Shown here: in pieces, positions 14,701-29,700 of the stretch | How positions within the stretch are numbered: the stretch's first letter is position 1 | Layout: each line of letters begins with the position of its first letter | Origin: Squalus acanthias | Lineage: Eukaryota | Assembly (NCBI GenBank): GCA_030390025.1 | Contig: CM059427.1 | Span: forward strand, 158,782,001 to 158,846,000 | Length of the DNA stretch: 64,000 bases | Direction of reading: 5' to 3' | Position numbers and translations under genes: made by a program | The notes under the pieces: generated by a model | The model's database searches: none | What the model saw: only the letters and a program-made list of their open reading frames with translations | Told to the model about the DNA's origin: nothing

Positions 14701-17700
14701 ACAATCATACTCAGTTTGGATCATTCAAACGATGATCATTCAAATTGATTGGCATTTATTTTGATTCAGCAATTGTTTGGCATTTCAGATTCTCAGCTAA
14801 AACAGAGAGTAAGTATTGGATGAATTTTAATACTTGACTGCAAATTTGGTGCAGAATGCAATTAGCTGCCATCTAAGCTGCATACAAGTGATGATTTTTT
14901 TTCATTCTTGCAATGTGGGCAACGCTGGCAAGTCGACATTTATTGCCCATCCCTAGTTGTCCTCGAGGTGGTTGTGACCGCCTTCTTGAACTGCTGCAGC
15001 CCGTGTAGTGAAGGTGCTCCCAAAATGCTGTTAGGTAGGGATTTTGACCCAGCGACGATGAAGAAACGGCAATATATGTCCCAAGTCAGGGTGGGGTGTG
15101 ACTTGGAGAGGGAGTTGGAGGTGATGGTGCTCCCATGCACCTGCACTGTATTTGGGAGGTGCTGCCGAAGAAGCCTTGTCGAGTTGAATCAAACCACTAG
15201 AAAATGATGATTGTGTTAAATGAGCTGCCTGTTTCTACACATGGTAAATTTCATTAGGAGTGCCTGGGCTTGTGTGATAGACTGGTTTTTGAAACAGCTT
15301 TTGCGATAACATCAAGTGGTTTGGTATACACGGATTTCTTTCTCCTTTTTTTCTTTTCTTTTTCCTTTTTTCTTTCTTTCTGTCTGTCTCCTTCCCTCCC
15401 CTCCGTTGATTAGCTCATCAGTATTAACTGTTGAGTAACATCACAAAAACAGCTTTACTGCTCCCAGCATTGAATTCAGAATGAATTACTGGCATTATGC
15501 AGATACTGAGATGAAATATTGAGTAGAAGATGGAGATCGGAGGGAGTAAAAGTATGTGTGAATGGTTTGGCAAACATGGATCCAATGAGCTATGAAGAGC
15601 AGCATTATTGGTGAGGGATGACATCATTGCCATTGCAGGAGTTGGAAAAACAGAACTGACATAAGCAATTTAAGTAGAAATTAGGATGGTAAAGTAACCA
15701 CTGGCATCTTCTTTAGATCTCCACCTCAAGCTGAACAGTGCAATATATGACGGTGGACCGATAAAGGAGGTGTGAAAGCATAAGTTTTAATTGAGGTGAT
15801 AAGTCACTGTTTTTCAATGCACCTTATGAAGCACGATACTAGGGCTGATGCTATATTTTTTTTTAATTAATTCACGGGATGTGGGTGTGGCTGGCAAGGG
15901 CAGCATTTATTGCCTATCCCTAATTGCCCTTGAGAAGGTGGTGGTGAGCCGCCTTCTTGAACCATGTGGTGAGGTACTCCCACAGTGCCATTAGGTAGGG
16001 AGTTCCAGGATTTTGACCCAGCGACGATGAAAGAACAGCGATATATTTCCAAGTCAGGATGGTGTGTGACTTGGAGGGGAACTTGAAGGTAGTGGTGTTT
16101 CCATGCGCTTGCTGTTCTTGTCCTTCCAGATGCTAGAAGTCGTGAGCTTGGGAGATGCTGTCGAAGAAGCCTTGATGAGTTGCTGGAGTGCATCTTGTAG
16201 ATGGTAGACTTGGTGCGCCAGTGGTGGAGGGAATAAATGTTTAAGGTGGTGGATGGGGTGCCAATCAAGCGGGCTGCTTTATCCTGGATGGTGTCAAGCT
16301 TCTTGAGTGTTATTGGAGCTGCATTCATCCAAGCAAGAGGAGAATATTTCATCATACTCCTGCCTTGTACCTTGTAAATGGTGGAAAGGCTTTGGGGAAT
16401 GAGGAGGTGAGTCACTCGCCGCAGAATACCCAGCCTCTGACCTGCTCTTGTAGCCACAGTATTTATGTGGCTGATCCAGTTAAGTTTCTGGTCAATGGTG
16501 ATCCCAGGATTTTGATGGTGGGGGATTCAACGATGGTAATGCCGTTGAATGTCATGGGGAGGTGGTTAGACTCTCTCTTTTTGCCGATGGTCATTGCCTG
16601 GCACTTGTGTGGCGCTAATGTTACTTGCCGCTTATCAGCCCAAGCCTGAATATTGTCCAGGACTTGCGACATGCGGGCACGGACTGCTTCATTATCTGAG
16701 GAATTGCGAATGGAACTGAACACTGTGCAATCAGCAGTGAACATCCCCACTTCTGATCTTATGATGGAGGGAAGATCATTGATGAAGCAGCTGAAGGTGG
16801 TTGGGCCTAGGACACTGCCCTGAGGAACTTCTGCAGTGATGTCCTGGGGCTGAGATGATTGGCCTCCACCAACCACAACCATCTTCCTTTGTGCTAGGTA
16901 TGAGTCCAGCCAGTGAAGAGCTTTCCCCCTGATTCCAATTGACTTCAATTTTACTGGGGCTCCTTCATGCCACACTTGGTCAAATGCTGCCTTGATGTTG
17001 AGGGCAGTCACTCTCAACCTCACCTTTGGAATTCAGCTCTTTTGTCCATGTTTGGACCACGGCTGTAATGAGTCTGGAGCCGAGTGGTCCTGGAAGAACC
17101 CAAATTGAGCATCGGTGAGCAGATTATTGGTGAGTAAGTGCCGCTTGATAGCACTGTCGGCGACCCCTTCCATCACTTTGCTGATAATTGAGAGTAGGCT
17201 GATGGGGCGGTAATTGGCCAGATTGGATTTGTCCTGCTTTTTGTGGACAGGACATACCTGGGCAATTTTCCACTTTGTCGGACAGATGCCAGTGTTGTAG
17301 CTGTACTGGAACAGCTTGGCTAGAGGCGTGGCTAGTTCTGGAGTACAAGTCTTCAGCACGACAGCCGGGATGTTGTCGGGGCCCATAGCCTTTGTACTCA
17401 GTGCACTCAGCCGTTTCTTGATATCATGTGGAGGGAATCGAATTGGCTGAAGGAGGAGGCCAAGATGCATCATCCACTTGGCACTTCTGGCTGAAGATGG
17501 TTGCAAACGCTTCAGTCTTGTCCTTAGCACTCACGTGCTGGGCTCCGCAATCATTGAGGATGGGGATGTTCATGGAGCCTCCTCCTCCCGTTAGTTGTTT
17601 AATTGTCCACTACCATTCACGACTGGATGTGGCAGAAATGTAGAGCTTTGATCTTATCCATTGGTTGTGGAATCGCATGCTGCTTCCGCTGTTTAGTATG

Positions 17701-20700
17701 CATGTAGTCCTGTGCTGTAACTTCACCAGGTTGGCACGTCATTTTTAAGTACGCCTGGTGCTGCTCCTGACATGCTCTTTTATGCTCCTCATTGAACCAG
17801 GGTTGGTCCCCTGGCTTAATGGTCATGGTAGAGTGAGGAATATGCCGAGCCATGAGGTTACAGATTGTGGTGGAATACAATTCTGCTGCTGCTGATGGCC
17901 CACAGCGCCCAGTTTTGAGCTGCTAGATCTGTTTTGAATGTATCCCATTTAGCGCGGTGGTAGTGCCACACAACATAATGGAGGGTGTCCTCAATGTGGA
18001 TAGGGGACTTGGTCTCCACAAGGACTGTGCGGTGATCACTCCTACCAATACTGTCATGGACAGGTGCATCTGCGACAGGTAGATTGGTGAGGACACGGTC
18101 AAGTAAGTTTTTCCCTCATGTTGGTTCTCTCACCACCTGCCGCAGGCTCAGTCTGGCAGCTATGTCCTTCAGGACTCGGCCAGCTCAGTCAGTGGTGGTA
18201 CTACCGAGCCACTCTTGGTGATGGACATTGAAGTCCCCCACCCAGAGTTCATTCTGTACCCTTACTCCCCTCAGTGCTTTTTCCAAGTGGTGTTCAACAT
18301 GGAGGAGTACTGATTCATCAGCTGAGGGAGGGCAGTAGGTGGTAATCAGCAGGAGTTTTGACCTAATGCCATGAGACTTCATGGGGTCCGGAGTCAATGT
18401 TAAGGACTCCCAGGGCCACTCCCTCCCAACTGTATATCACTGTGCTGCCACCTTTGGTGGGTCTGTCCTGCCAGTGGGATGGTGATGGAGGAGTCTGGAC
18501 CATCGGCTGAAAGGTATAATTCTGTCTGTATGACCATGTCAGGCTGTTGCTTGACTAGTCTGTCGGACTGCTCTCCCAATTTTTGCACAAGTCCCCAGCT
18601 GTTAATGAGGGGGTCTTTGCAGGGTTGACTGGGCTGGTTTGAATCTGGTATTTAGGTCGATGCTGGGTGGTCCGTCTGATTTTATTCTTCTTGTAGTTTT
18701 TCGTAGCTTTAACGTAGCACCAAAAGTGATTACTTACACCGATTGTGAGTAAATACTTGAATTTATTCTAAGGATCATTGTATCATTAGATATATAGTAA
18801 TAAAGCTAAGTCCAAAAATAGTTACAGATGTGCAAGACCTTAAAACATTTCAAATGAAGGCCTGTTTAATATGAAGACTATGAACTAATGAAAGGATATT
18901 TACTAGTCCTAGCCCCATTGGGGTTATCCCGGATCAGGCGTATTTCTCAGACGTTTACTTTCAACTAAAGTTTGAGGTAGCCAAATCCTAAAGACGCTTA
19001 ATTCGGTCTAAGGGTTCGGGCTATCTCTCCCTAAAGGAAAGGAACAACCCAAGAATGTTACCATCCTCCAGATAGCGCTTTTAATAAGTTTAGCTAGACT
19101 GTAACGTCCCGGATATTATGAGGGTCCGGAGAACTACTTCAGAAATATGTAACTCTTCACCAAAGAGTGTACAGAGATTGAGTTCGCGAGTTATTGATAC
19201 AGAAGACTTATGTGAGACAATTCTAAAAATATATAGAGATTTATTAAAAGAACCGACACGCAATTTACAGTTGGTGAATCAGTCAGTCGCAATGTTAACA
19301 GTTCTAAAAAGAGAAAAAATACGATCTTTTTAACAGAGAATCTTACTTTTAAATCTTAACTTCGCTACAGTATTACAGTTCTTAAAGTTTTCTATACAGG
19401 ATATCCATCAATATCAAAATACCTTTGATTCCCCGAGGTACAAAGAGTTGTAAACCACAGAGCCGCCTCTGCAGCCAAGAATTGCCTTGCCCGATTAAAG
19501 CAAATCTGATATCCCATTTGAAACTTCAATATTTATACCATTTTCCAGTTGTATTTCCTTTAAGGTTTTCTGCTGATGCAAGTTAATTATCCCTATTCAT
19601 CTTTCTGCTGACCTCTGCAATTCTTTACTGCTACATCAGCTTGTAATATTCCAGAATCTTGTCTTTCTCCAGGTGTTCTGGGTTAACCATATAAAACGGT
19701 GTGAAGGGCAGGTGTCCCGTATCTTTACGAGGGCAGATATTCCTTATCTTATGTGCCATCTTTACGAAGTTTAAATTAAAACACCTTATCCAGGGTGAAC
19801 CATTGTTTTTGTTCCCAAAAGTCAGCCTGTCAGAGCCATGCACCTTCTGTTTCAATAAGGTTATTTATTCAGGGTCAACAACTGTCTTATCTCAATAGCC
19901 AGAATTCTTTCATAGCTATTTCATAGTTAGGTTTCTAAATTTCCAAACCCAGTTTGTCATGTTTTAATAAGGCCAGAATTCTTTCATAAGATAGTGTATT
20001 TTTCTGAATAGGTTATATGGTTTATTCCTTCACACTTAACAGTGGGAGGGAGGAATACCTGCTGCCCAGGTGTATATTTTCTTGAAAAGATGGTGTTCAT
20101 GGTGAGTTTCCCCAGTAAGATAATGGCCATTCCTAATTATAAGTGAACTTATTTGAAAGATTAATTACATGTCTGCCTATGGTAATTAATCTATTTCTGC
20201 TATGGTGCTGAACCCACTAAGTGTTTCAAGTCTTAGTTATACTTCTTAATGATCCTTTATTTCAACTACAGGTTTTCCTGGAAATGGAAACACACCATAT
20301 AGCGATGACCATGATTGAAAAGTTCAAGAAAATACCTCTAATGTTCCATGGCAGAGAGCTGAAAGTATATCTGTCTCAAAAATACAAGAACCTAGTGTTG
20401 AGGGTAAGTCATGTGACTAATGTTATCTTGTGATCATAAGGATTGAGCCCAATGAATGGTTGGATAAGCTGAAGTTTTGGGATCTGGATCAGCAAAATCA
20501 GACTGTTTTGTTGACACCCAAAATGCTCTTTCAATTTGCATTGCCATTGTGGCATCATTTGCTTCAACCAAAACACACTGCACTGCTGCCTGAGCAGAAC
20601 CAGCACAGTTCCAGTGAGCAGCATTGTTGAACAGCTGGGCAGCACTGACTGGTAATTTAAACAGCTGAATGGTTTCAGATACATATCACAGCATGTACCA

Positions 20701-23700
20701 GAACATGTAGACTGCACATGCACATTAACCTCCCTATGTCACACACATGGAAGTTTCTGCTGCATTTGATGTATAATAGTAGAATGATAATGGTATACTT
20801 TGTCATACTCTAACAAACAAGTAACTTAAACTGTATAGCAAGAAAATACCTTCTTTTAAATATAGGAGTTGGTGTTACTACTCGTACTTTAAGAATCCCC
20901 TGCATAATTCAAGAATTAAATCAGGTTGCAAAAAGGGAGTTGATATTTTCATTTCTTCTTTCAGAAACAAGGTAGAGGGGTTGACGAATTGTTAAGAAAC
21001 AAAGAGCGGGAAAACCGGTAAGCTGTGTACTTAAAAGTGTAAGAGATAAAACCTGTTCTATTCACCTATGTAGGCTAGATTTAAACAGTAACCCATTGAG
21101 AATTATTATAACTTGTTTGAAGGAGAATTAAGTAAATGTCATCAGGCTACAATTTAATTTATTTCAGACAATTTTAGCCATTAATAATTAGTAAAAAATG
21201 TAAACGGAATCACCTTTACAAATATCCACAGCGTAAGATTTGTGCAGGTGTCTTTTTGGACTTTGCCACACTGGTATAGGCAGCTAAGCAGAGGCTACTT
21301 GTTTGTCCATCGGTAACAGAGGACAACATTGCTGTACACATCTCTGCTGCTAATTTCAGGGCATCTTTGGTGAAGGCTTGTGGTTTGGGTGACTGCCATC
21401 TCTGTCATAGATGGATTGTAGCATGTGAAAAGAAATAGAAACAGAAAGGAGAGAAGAAATTAATGTAATCTCTCCTCACTCGCTCACCTACAAAACATTC
21501 TATTCACTGTACCGTAGTTTTACAATTTGGGCTTCCTCCCAACACTTGATAACTTGTGTTCAACGCAGACTGAGTCTTCTATGAACAGAATTCTGTGTCC
21601 TTTTGCATGAAGTGAGTGGGATAGCTTCCTACAGCACCGACAATTGCCTCTTAACCATTTTTATTGCACTGAGACCACTGTGATACTTGCCATACTCTTC
21701 TGAAAGGTGATAAATAACAAAGTCAGACCATTCTGTTCAGGCTAAATTAATAATTTATTTCTAATCTTAGCTTACTGTACCCTATCCTGCAGCAATAGGG
21801 TATTCCATTTGCATGACACCAATCTTAAAAGTCTATGGCCGGAATTTTACTGGTGCTCAGAGTGCTGGTTTGGAGGTGGGTCTGCTGTCAAAATCACAAA
21901 GGTTGACAGCGGGTCGGTATCCCGCTGTAAACCCGCCTCCTTGTCAAGTTTCACAAGTGTCGGGTCTGTCATCCCTGAACAGACCCGACACCAATCGGCG
22001 GGTCAGCCAATTTAGATACTTAAAAGCTTGTTAAAAGGTAGTTAAGCATCATTTTCCCATGTACTTACGTTTTACCAGGTTTTTTAACAAGGTTCCCGGA
22101 GAGCGGGTATCACGTCAGGTAAGTAGGTCGGGTGTTGTGTCAGAATGGAATAATTTACTAACCTGACAGCTGCAAATGTTCTATGAAAGCTCCCATTTCA
22201 TTGGTCTTCACTTTCCAAGGTTAGAAGCTGTTGCTTACTGCATTTGGAAGACAGATTGAGCTTTTTGCAGCTGGCAAGTGATTGGAACAAATTCTCTATC
22301 CAGTGTCACCTCATTGGAACAACCTCTCTCACCCTTGACAGATTGCTTTTGTCATCTCAACCTCACCTGCCATCTATTCCATCAGCATCGGTGCCCTTGA
22401 AGAAATCTCACCTTGGTCCTCAGAATCCCGACACGATCAGCCCCAACACCAGCATCACCAGGCACACCAGCAGCACCAACATCCACACCAACCTTCTCCG
22501 CAATCAACTGATGCTGCACAGGACACAGGGCATCACCCCCCGTGCACATTGCTGCCCGGGACGCCAGCGATGGCCTCACCGTGTCCAGATTGACTTCACT
22601 TAACGCTGTACACCCTGGCTGCCACATGATGCACCAGGTTGGCACCACCCCACACCAGCACCATAAAGCATCCCTACAATGTCCAAGCCATTCCTTTCAC
22701 ACTCATCTCCATGGGGGGTGGGGGGGAACATTATGTCTCACCATTCACTGGAACTCACTAAGACACTTCCATAGGTGCACACAAATCTGTCCAAGAAGGT
22801 CAAGTGTTGAAAATAAAGATTTCAATGCTTGACAACACATTAACAGAAACTTTACACAAACATTGGCTAAAGCACACAAGTGCCTACCCTTGTGTGTTAT
22901 TTTGAATGATTGAACAAGGATGAGTGTGAGGGGTGGCTAGTGAGATGAGGAAGTGATAACATAGATAGAGAGGGATGGGTGGAGGTGTAAGGTAAGTTGG
23001 TGTGAGTAAGGATGTGCAGGAGTAGGGTAGGGAAGGCAGAGTGATGGGGATGTGATGAGTGACACAGGAGGATGAGGTTGAGTGTGGCTTTGCAGTAACG
23101 TTTCATGATCTACTGTGATCATTGAAAGATTTGTGCCACTGCAGCCAGGTCATCCTGACAACATCCCTGCTTGTGTCCTCCTGTGCAGTGTGCAGCCAGG
23201 CTGCGTTGGTGTCCTGGGGAGGTGTCTGCCGCCCATTGGAAGGGAAGAGAAACCTCCCTGCGTGCTGTGACTTCCCCCCCCCCCCCCCCCCATAAGCATA
23301 TGGAGGGAGTAATGGGAGAGCCTGGGTACAGCGCTTGTCATTGTTTGCAGCACCTCAATGCTGTAGAATACTGACAGCACAACTGTCAAAATGAATGTGG
23401 CCATGGTCCCTTTAAGGAAACCGGCTGATGACGCGTCATCAAATGACGTCATCAGACCCGCTTCCTATTAATTGGCCGGGAACCTCGCAGGGCAAGCTTA
23501 ACAAGCCCCATCAATGGAAAATCATGTTGGAGGCCGGGATCGAGACAGATGCGGGGTCCCCACATGCCACTGACTTCGCCCCCCACGGACCCGCCGAGGT
23601 TGGAAAAATACAGCCCTATATGTGTGATTACTAATTCATCCTTAATTATGGACAATTTAGTGATTTTGAACTTGGAATTGGCAGGTTGAAGTTGCCCTAA

Positions 23701-26700
23701 TATTTTATGCTGCACCCTTATGACTGCAGCAGAAAGAGAATACAATTAGCCTAGAGTGGATTCAAAGCCAGTTCTTGCTGGTTAAATGGGTAGTATTTTG
23801 TTTTGTATTTACATATTTAAAGGTAATTTATATTCTCCCATTCCCAATGCCATGCACAATTATAAACTGAAAGGACAAGTGAGTGACCTGCTGCTAGGCC
23901 TCCGCCAACATCACCAACTTATAGGGAATGCATGAAAGCAACACGGTGGCATAGTGGTTAGCACTGTTGCCTCACAGCGCCAGGGACCCGGGTTCGAATC
24001 CAGCCTCGGGTGACTGTCTGTGTGGAGTTTGCACATTCTCCCCGTGTCTACGTGGGTTTTCTCCGGGTGCTCCGGTTTCCTCCCACAGTCCAAAGATGTG
24101 CGGGTTAGGTTGATTTGGCTATGATAAATTGACCCTTAGTGTTAGGGGGGATTAAATACGTGGGGTTACGGGGATAGGGTGGGATATGTGTCGGTGCAGG
24201 CTCGATGGGCCGAAATGGCCTCTATCTGCACTGTCGGGATTCTGTGATTCTGTGATTCAAAGCCACCTAGGTCAATTCTCTATCAGATTTCATTGTTTTT
24301 TTCCTCTGTTGGGAAATGCTTGGCTTTCCCCTAATACCAGCTGAAATCAGGAGCTTGTAATCCAAGTAATCACTGATATAAACCAACAGCATGCCATTCT
24401 ATGGCGCAGTGTGTTGGAGTTCTGATCTTTTTCTTTAGGAAAACACTAAAGGTGGTATTTTTTTAAATATCTGAATGATACTTACATTCACATTTTTGCT
24501 GCTGTTTGATTTCAGGAAAAGGGGTCGTTCTCACAGTCCTTCTTCTAAAAGAGCACGATCCCCCAGCAATAAGAGAAAGGCTCAAGATAAATCAAAAAAT
24601 TCTAAAGAAACAGACCATGAAAATACACAGATGGGCTCTCCTTCAATGGAGAAGGACACAGATCCGAAACAGATGGAAGGAGAGAATGTTGCAAAAATGA
24701 AGTCACAGGATGGCCCCTCCTCAGACAGTGAGAACTACGAGGAACTTGGTGGAGCAGAAGACTTACTGTTGACGTATGATGAATCAGTGAAGGATAAGTC
24801 TGAACTTGGTGACAGAGAGGGCAATATGGAGGTGGAATTGGAAGCAGAAATGGAAGTTGGGCACTTCAACGAATATGAAACTAGGGAGGAGTCTGATGAT
24901 GCAGAACCAAGCTCTCAAATCGCAGCACAATTGTCTGAGAAGGTAGGCATTAAAAGTTCAAAAGTTGGAGACTTGCACATAGTTCATTCAAAGATGCCTC
25001 CGTCAACTTTTACTTAGAAAGTGTTAAACTCTATGATTTTTAATTCATTATCCTGTGAAGGAATATAGGAAAGGGTAAAACTGGTGTGGTTTGGGGATTC
25101 ATGCCTTTTCAGCAGTGTTCATACCCTTTTTACTTAGCTGTTATCACTCCTTTTGAATTCTTGCATTTCAGAGTATCCGTCTACTCTCCCATCCCTTTTA
25201 CATGTACTACTTCGTCCTTCTGCAACTGGAGAGTCTAGGATGAGTTGCTGCTCCTAAGCTTCTGCTCGGCAGCACAAAACTATGGCTGAGGGCACACCCA
25301 ACATTTTTCATGCAACCTTCATATATATATGTGTGTATGTATATATATATATATATATGTTGAATATTGCCATCATCTCCTGGGGGGAGTGAACATATAA
25401 GGTGGCTGTCCCTTTAAGAAATTCATACTCTATGTGGTCGTGATCTTGTAGCATACTTAACTTGCCAACCTTGTATACCCAGCAAATTTCTTTCTCATTT
25501 CCTCTTAGATGTGGGCCATGGATGAGACAGTGCTCTGTGACCTCCATTCATACTGTTCTGGTGCTGTTCTTTATTGCAGGGTGGCTCCCAATTCCAAAAA
25601 AGTCACCCATTCTCTGTAGTTCCTCCAAAGTTACGTCACTAAATGGGGCAGTTCGCTTTCCTGTCTGCTTGCAAGAATTTTTTCTATCAGATATAGAAAA
25701 GCTGTATGTGTGACCAGCCTTCTGAGAGCTTCTTACACTGGATAATCTGGCACCATGGTGCTCCCAACATGTGCGCTGGGAGTTCTGATGATTTATTATA
25801 GTGAGTTGACTATGCATTATAGCATATGGTCAGCAGCGAGCAAGGTACAATATCTACAGAGAAACAGTTCCACAGCTACTGAGCTGAGACTGCATTATGC
25901 ATCCCTTTGTATCTAGCCACTGTGGTCTAGCCTTTTGCAGTCAACTATACCTCAGCCATCAGGCAGTGCCAGCTCACCTGATGAAGTTTGCTTTGATTTT
26001 ATGAGTCCTTCTCAGTAACTGACTCATATCACATCCAGTTTTACATTTTCACCTAACTTTTCAAAGATATGAACCCTATTTAAAATTTAACCAGCGGCTC
26101 AGTTCTCTATCTGCCTCACCTCTTTATTTGACCTCTTCACCTTCTGGGTTCTTGTGATCAATCGTGTTGATGCTGGGGCTAATGCCTTCTGACTTACCAG
26201 TTTATCTCCAAACTAAAATAAATGAATAAAGCTAATCGATGTTACAGAAGTCACCACTGCTTTATGATTTCTTGTAACAGAAAGCAGATAGCTTTTTTTT
26301 TATTCATTCATGGGATATGGGCATCGCTGGCAAGGCCAGCATTTATTGCCCATACCTAGTTGCCCTTGAGAAGGTGGTGGTGAGCCGCATTCTTGAACCG
26401 CGTGAGGGTACTCCCACAGTGCTGTTAGGGAGGGAGTTCCAGGATTTTGACCCAGTGACGATGAAGGGACAGCGATACATTTCCAAGTCAGGAATGGTGT
26501 GTGACTTGGAGGGGAACTTGGAGGTGGTGGTGTTCCCATGCGCCTGCTGCCCTTGTCCTTCTAGGTGGTGGAGGTGCTGCCAAAGAAGCCTTGGCGAGTT
26601 GCTGCTCTGCATCTTGTAGATGCTACACACTGCAGCCACGATATGCAGGTGGTGGAGGGAGTGAATGTTTAAGGTGATCAGTGGGGTGCCAATCAAGCAG

Positions 26701-29700
26701 GCTGCTTTGTCCTGGATGGTGTCGAGCTTCTTGAGTGTTGTTGGAGCTGCACTCATCCAGGCAAGTGGAGAGTATTCCATCACACTCTTACTTGTGCCTT
26801 GTAGATGGTGAAAAGGCTTTGGGGAGTCAGGAGGTGAGACACTTGCCGCAGAATACCTAGCCTCTGACCTGTTCTTGTTGCCACAGTATTTATGTGGCCG
26901 GTCCAGTTAAGTTTCTGGTCAATGGTGACCCCCCCCCCCAGGATGTTGATGGTAGGGGATTCGGCGATGGTAATGCCGTTGAATGTCAAGGCTGTGGTTA
27001 GACTCTCGCTTGTTGGAGATAGTCATTGCCTGGCACTTGTGTGGCGCGAATGTTACAAGCCTGAATGTCATCCTTGTCTTGTTGCTTGCGGGCATAGACT
27101 GCTTCATTATCTGAGGAGTTGCAAATGGCACTAAACACTGTGCAGTCATCAGCGAACATCCCCATTTCTGACCTTATGTTGGAGGGAAGGTCATTGATGA
27201 AGCAGCTGAAGATGGTTGGTCCTAGGACACTGCCCTGAGGAACTCCTGCAGTGATATCCTGGGGTTGAGATGATTGACCTCCAACCACCACAACCATCTT
27301 CCTTTGTGGTAGGTATGACTCTAGCCAGTGGAGAGTTTTCCCCCTGATTCCCATTGACTTCAGTTTTACTAGGGCTCCTTGATGTCACACTCTGTCAAAT
27401 GCTGCCTTGATGTCAAGGGCAGTCACTCTCACCTCACCTCTGGAATTCAGCTCCTTTTTCCATGTTTGGGCCAAGGCTGTAATGAGGTTTGGAGCCGAGT
27501 GGTCATCAGTTAGCAGGTTATTGATGAGTAAGTGCCGCTTGATAGCACTGTCGACGACACCTTCCATCGACTGATGGGGCGATAATTGGCCGGATTGGTT
27601 TTGTCCTGCTTTTTGTGGACAGGACATACCTGGGCATATTTCCACATTGTCGGATAGATGCCAGTGTTGTAGCTGTACTGGAACAGCTTGGCTAGAAGCG
27701 CGGCTAGTTCTGGTGCACAAGTCTTCAGCACGACAGCCGGGATGTTGTCGGGGCCCATAGCCTTTGCTGTATCCAGTGCGCTCAGCCGTTTCTTGATATC
27801 ACGTGGAGTGAAAATTGGCTGAAGACTGGCTTCTGTGATGGTGGGGACCTCAGGAGGAGGCCAATATGGATCATCCACTCGGCACTTATGGCTGAAGATG
27901 GTTGCAAACGCTTCAGCTTTGTCTTTTGTACTCATGTGCTGGGCTCCACCATCATTGAGGATGGGGTTATTCATGGAGCCTCCTCCTTCCGTTAGTTGTT
28001 TAATGGTCCACCACCATTCACGACTGGATGTGGCAGGACTGCAGAGCTTTGATCTGACCCGTTGATTGTGGGATAGCTTAGCCCTGTCTATAGCATGCTT
28101 TTTAGCATGCATGTAGTCCTGTGTTGCAGCTTCCCCAGGTTGGTACCTCATTTTTAGGTATGGCTGGTGCTGCTCCTGGCATGCTCTTCTGCACTCCTTA
28201 TTGAACCAGGGTTGGTTCCCTGGCTTGATGGTAATGGTAGAGTGAGGGATATGCCGGGCCATGAGGTTACAGATTATGGTGGAATACAATTCTGCTGCTG
28301 CTGATATCCCACAGCACCTCATGGATGCCCAGTTTTGAGCTGCTAGATCTGTTCTGAATCTGTCCCATTTAGCAGAGTGGTAGTGCCACACAACATGATG
28401 GAGGGTGTCTTCATTGTGAAGACGGAACTTCGTCTCCACAATGACTGCGGTGGTCACTGCTACCAATGCTGTCATGGACAGATGCATCTGCGACAGGTAG
28501 ATTGGTGAGGACGAGGTCAAGTAGGTTTTTCCTTCGTGTTGGTTCTCTCACCACCTGTCGCAGGCCCAGACTGGCAGCTATGTCCTTCAGGACTCGGCCA
28601 GCTCGGTCAGTAGTGGTGCTAAAGTCCCCCACCCAGAGTACATTCTGTGCCCTTCCTACTCTCAGTGCTTCTTCCAAGTGGTGTTCAACATGGAGGAGTA
28701 CTGATTCATCAGCTGAGGGAGGACGGTAGGTGGTAATCAGCAGGAGTTTTCCTTGCCCATGCTTGACCTGAAGCCATGAGACTTCAGCTGTTTCAATTAT
28801 TACGTTTATGCTTGGGAAAGGAGGAAGGAAGAAGAGAGGGAAAGTGTGGTTGCATTTGGGGGAAGGCCAGTAAAAATGTTGTTTAAAAAAAAACGAGTCC
28901 CACATAAGTCTTGTGATGACTATGTGAGAGCATCCCTTTTGCGAGTCAGTACTTGGAACTGAGGTCCTCAACTATATTCCAGATAGATAGGAAACTTGGA
29001 GTCCAATTTAGCATAGAAGCTCCCCTCTACTCCCAGATCATAAGATAAAAGAACTTTTGTGGTGTAGAATTCTTAGGAATACTCCTGTACGATACATCAG
29101 TTGAGCCCCATTGGCTTGTATAGCCAAACAGAAAACATGGGGATCTCCGGGTTTCATAATCTACTCCAGTATTCTTGACAAAACCTTTGTGTTTGGCCAT
29201 TAGTCCAGTGCTGCTTGATGGCCTTTCCAGTTGAGTGATGAGCATAACTGTTGCTGACTTGTCCTTGGACCATTTCAATGCTTGTTGGTGCAGACTTTAG
29301 CACTATCGGAAGAAATTGCCTCAGCTCGAGCATTGATCCAGATCAACTCCAATACCAAGTTCAAATTACCTTTTATATACCCTTCACCCTCTATAGAAAC
29401 ATCCCTTCTTTCCAGCTGTTTTCTCTAAACTTTTTTGAGTTCTTGCTTCACTGTATGAATTAGATTTTTGCTCATTTACTTCCTTTCAGAATGGCTGAAA
29501 TTATATGTAGTGACGGTTTGGAGACAATTGCATCTTTACAGAGCTCCTTTGGGTCATCAAACTCAAAAAGGGCAATGCCCCAGTGTTTCCCACTGCCCAC
29601 CGGTGTTGAGGTTCATGTGGGGCATAACCAGCAGCACAGACCTATAATGTAAATTCTATGTAACACCCCCATCTGAATGACATGAATGAAGGCGATCGTG

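Noticed and set aside
23940-24010. tRNA gene
   Set aside because: A/B boxes belong to the head of an HE1-type SINE
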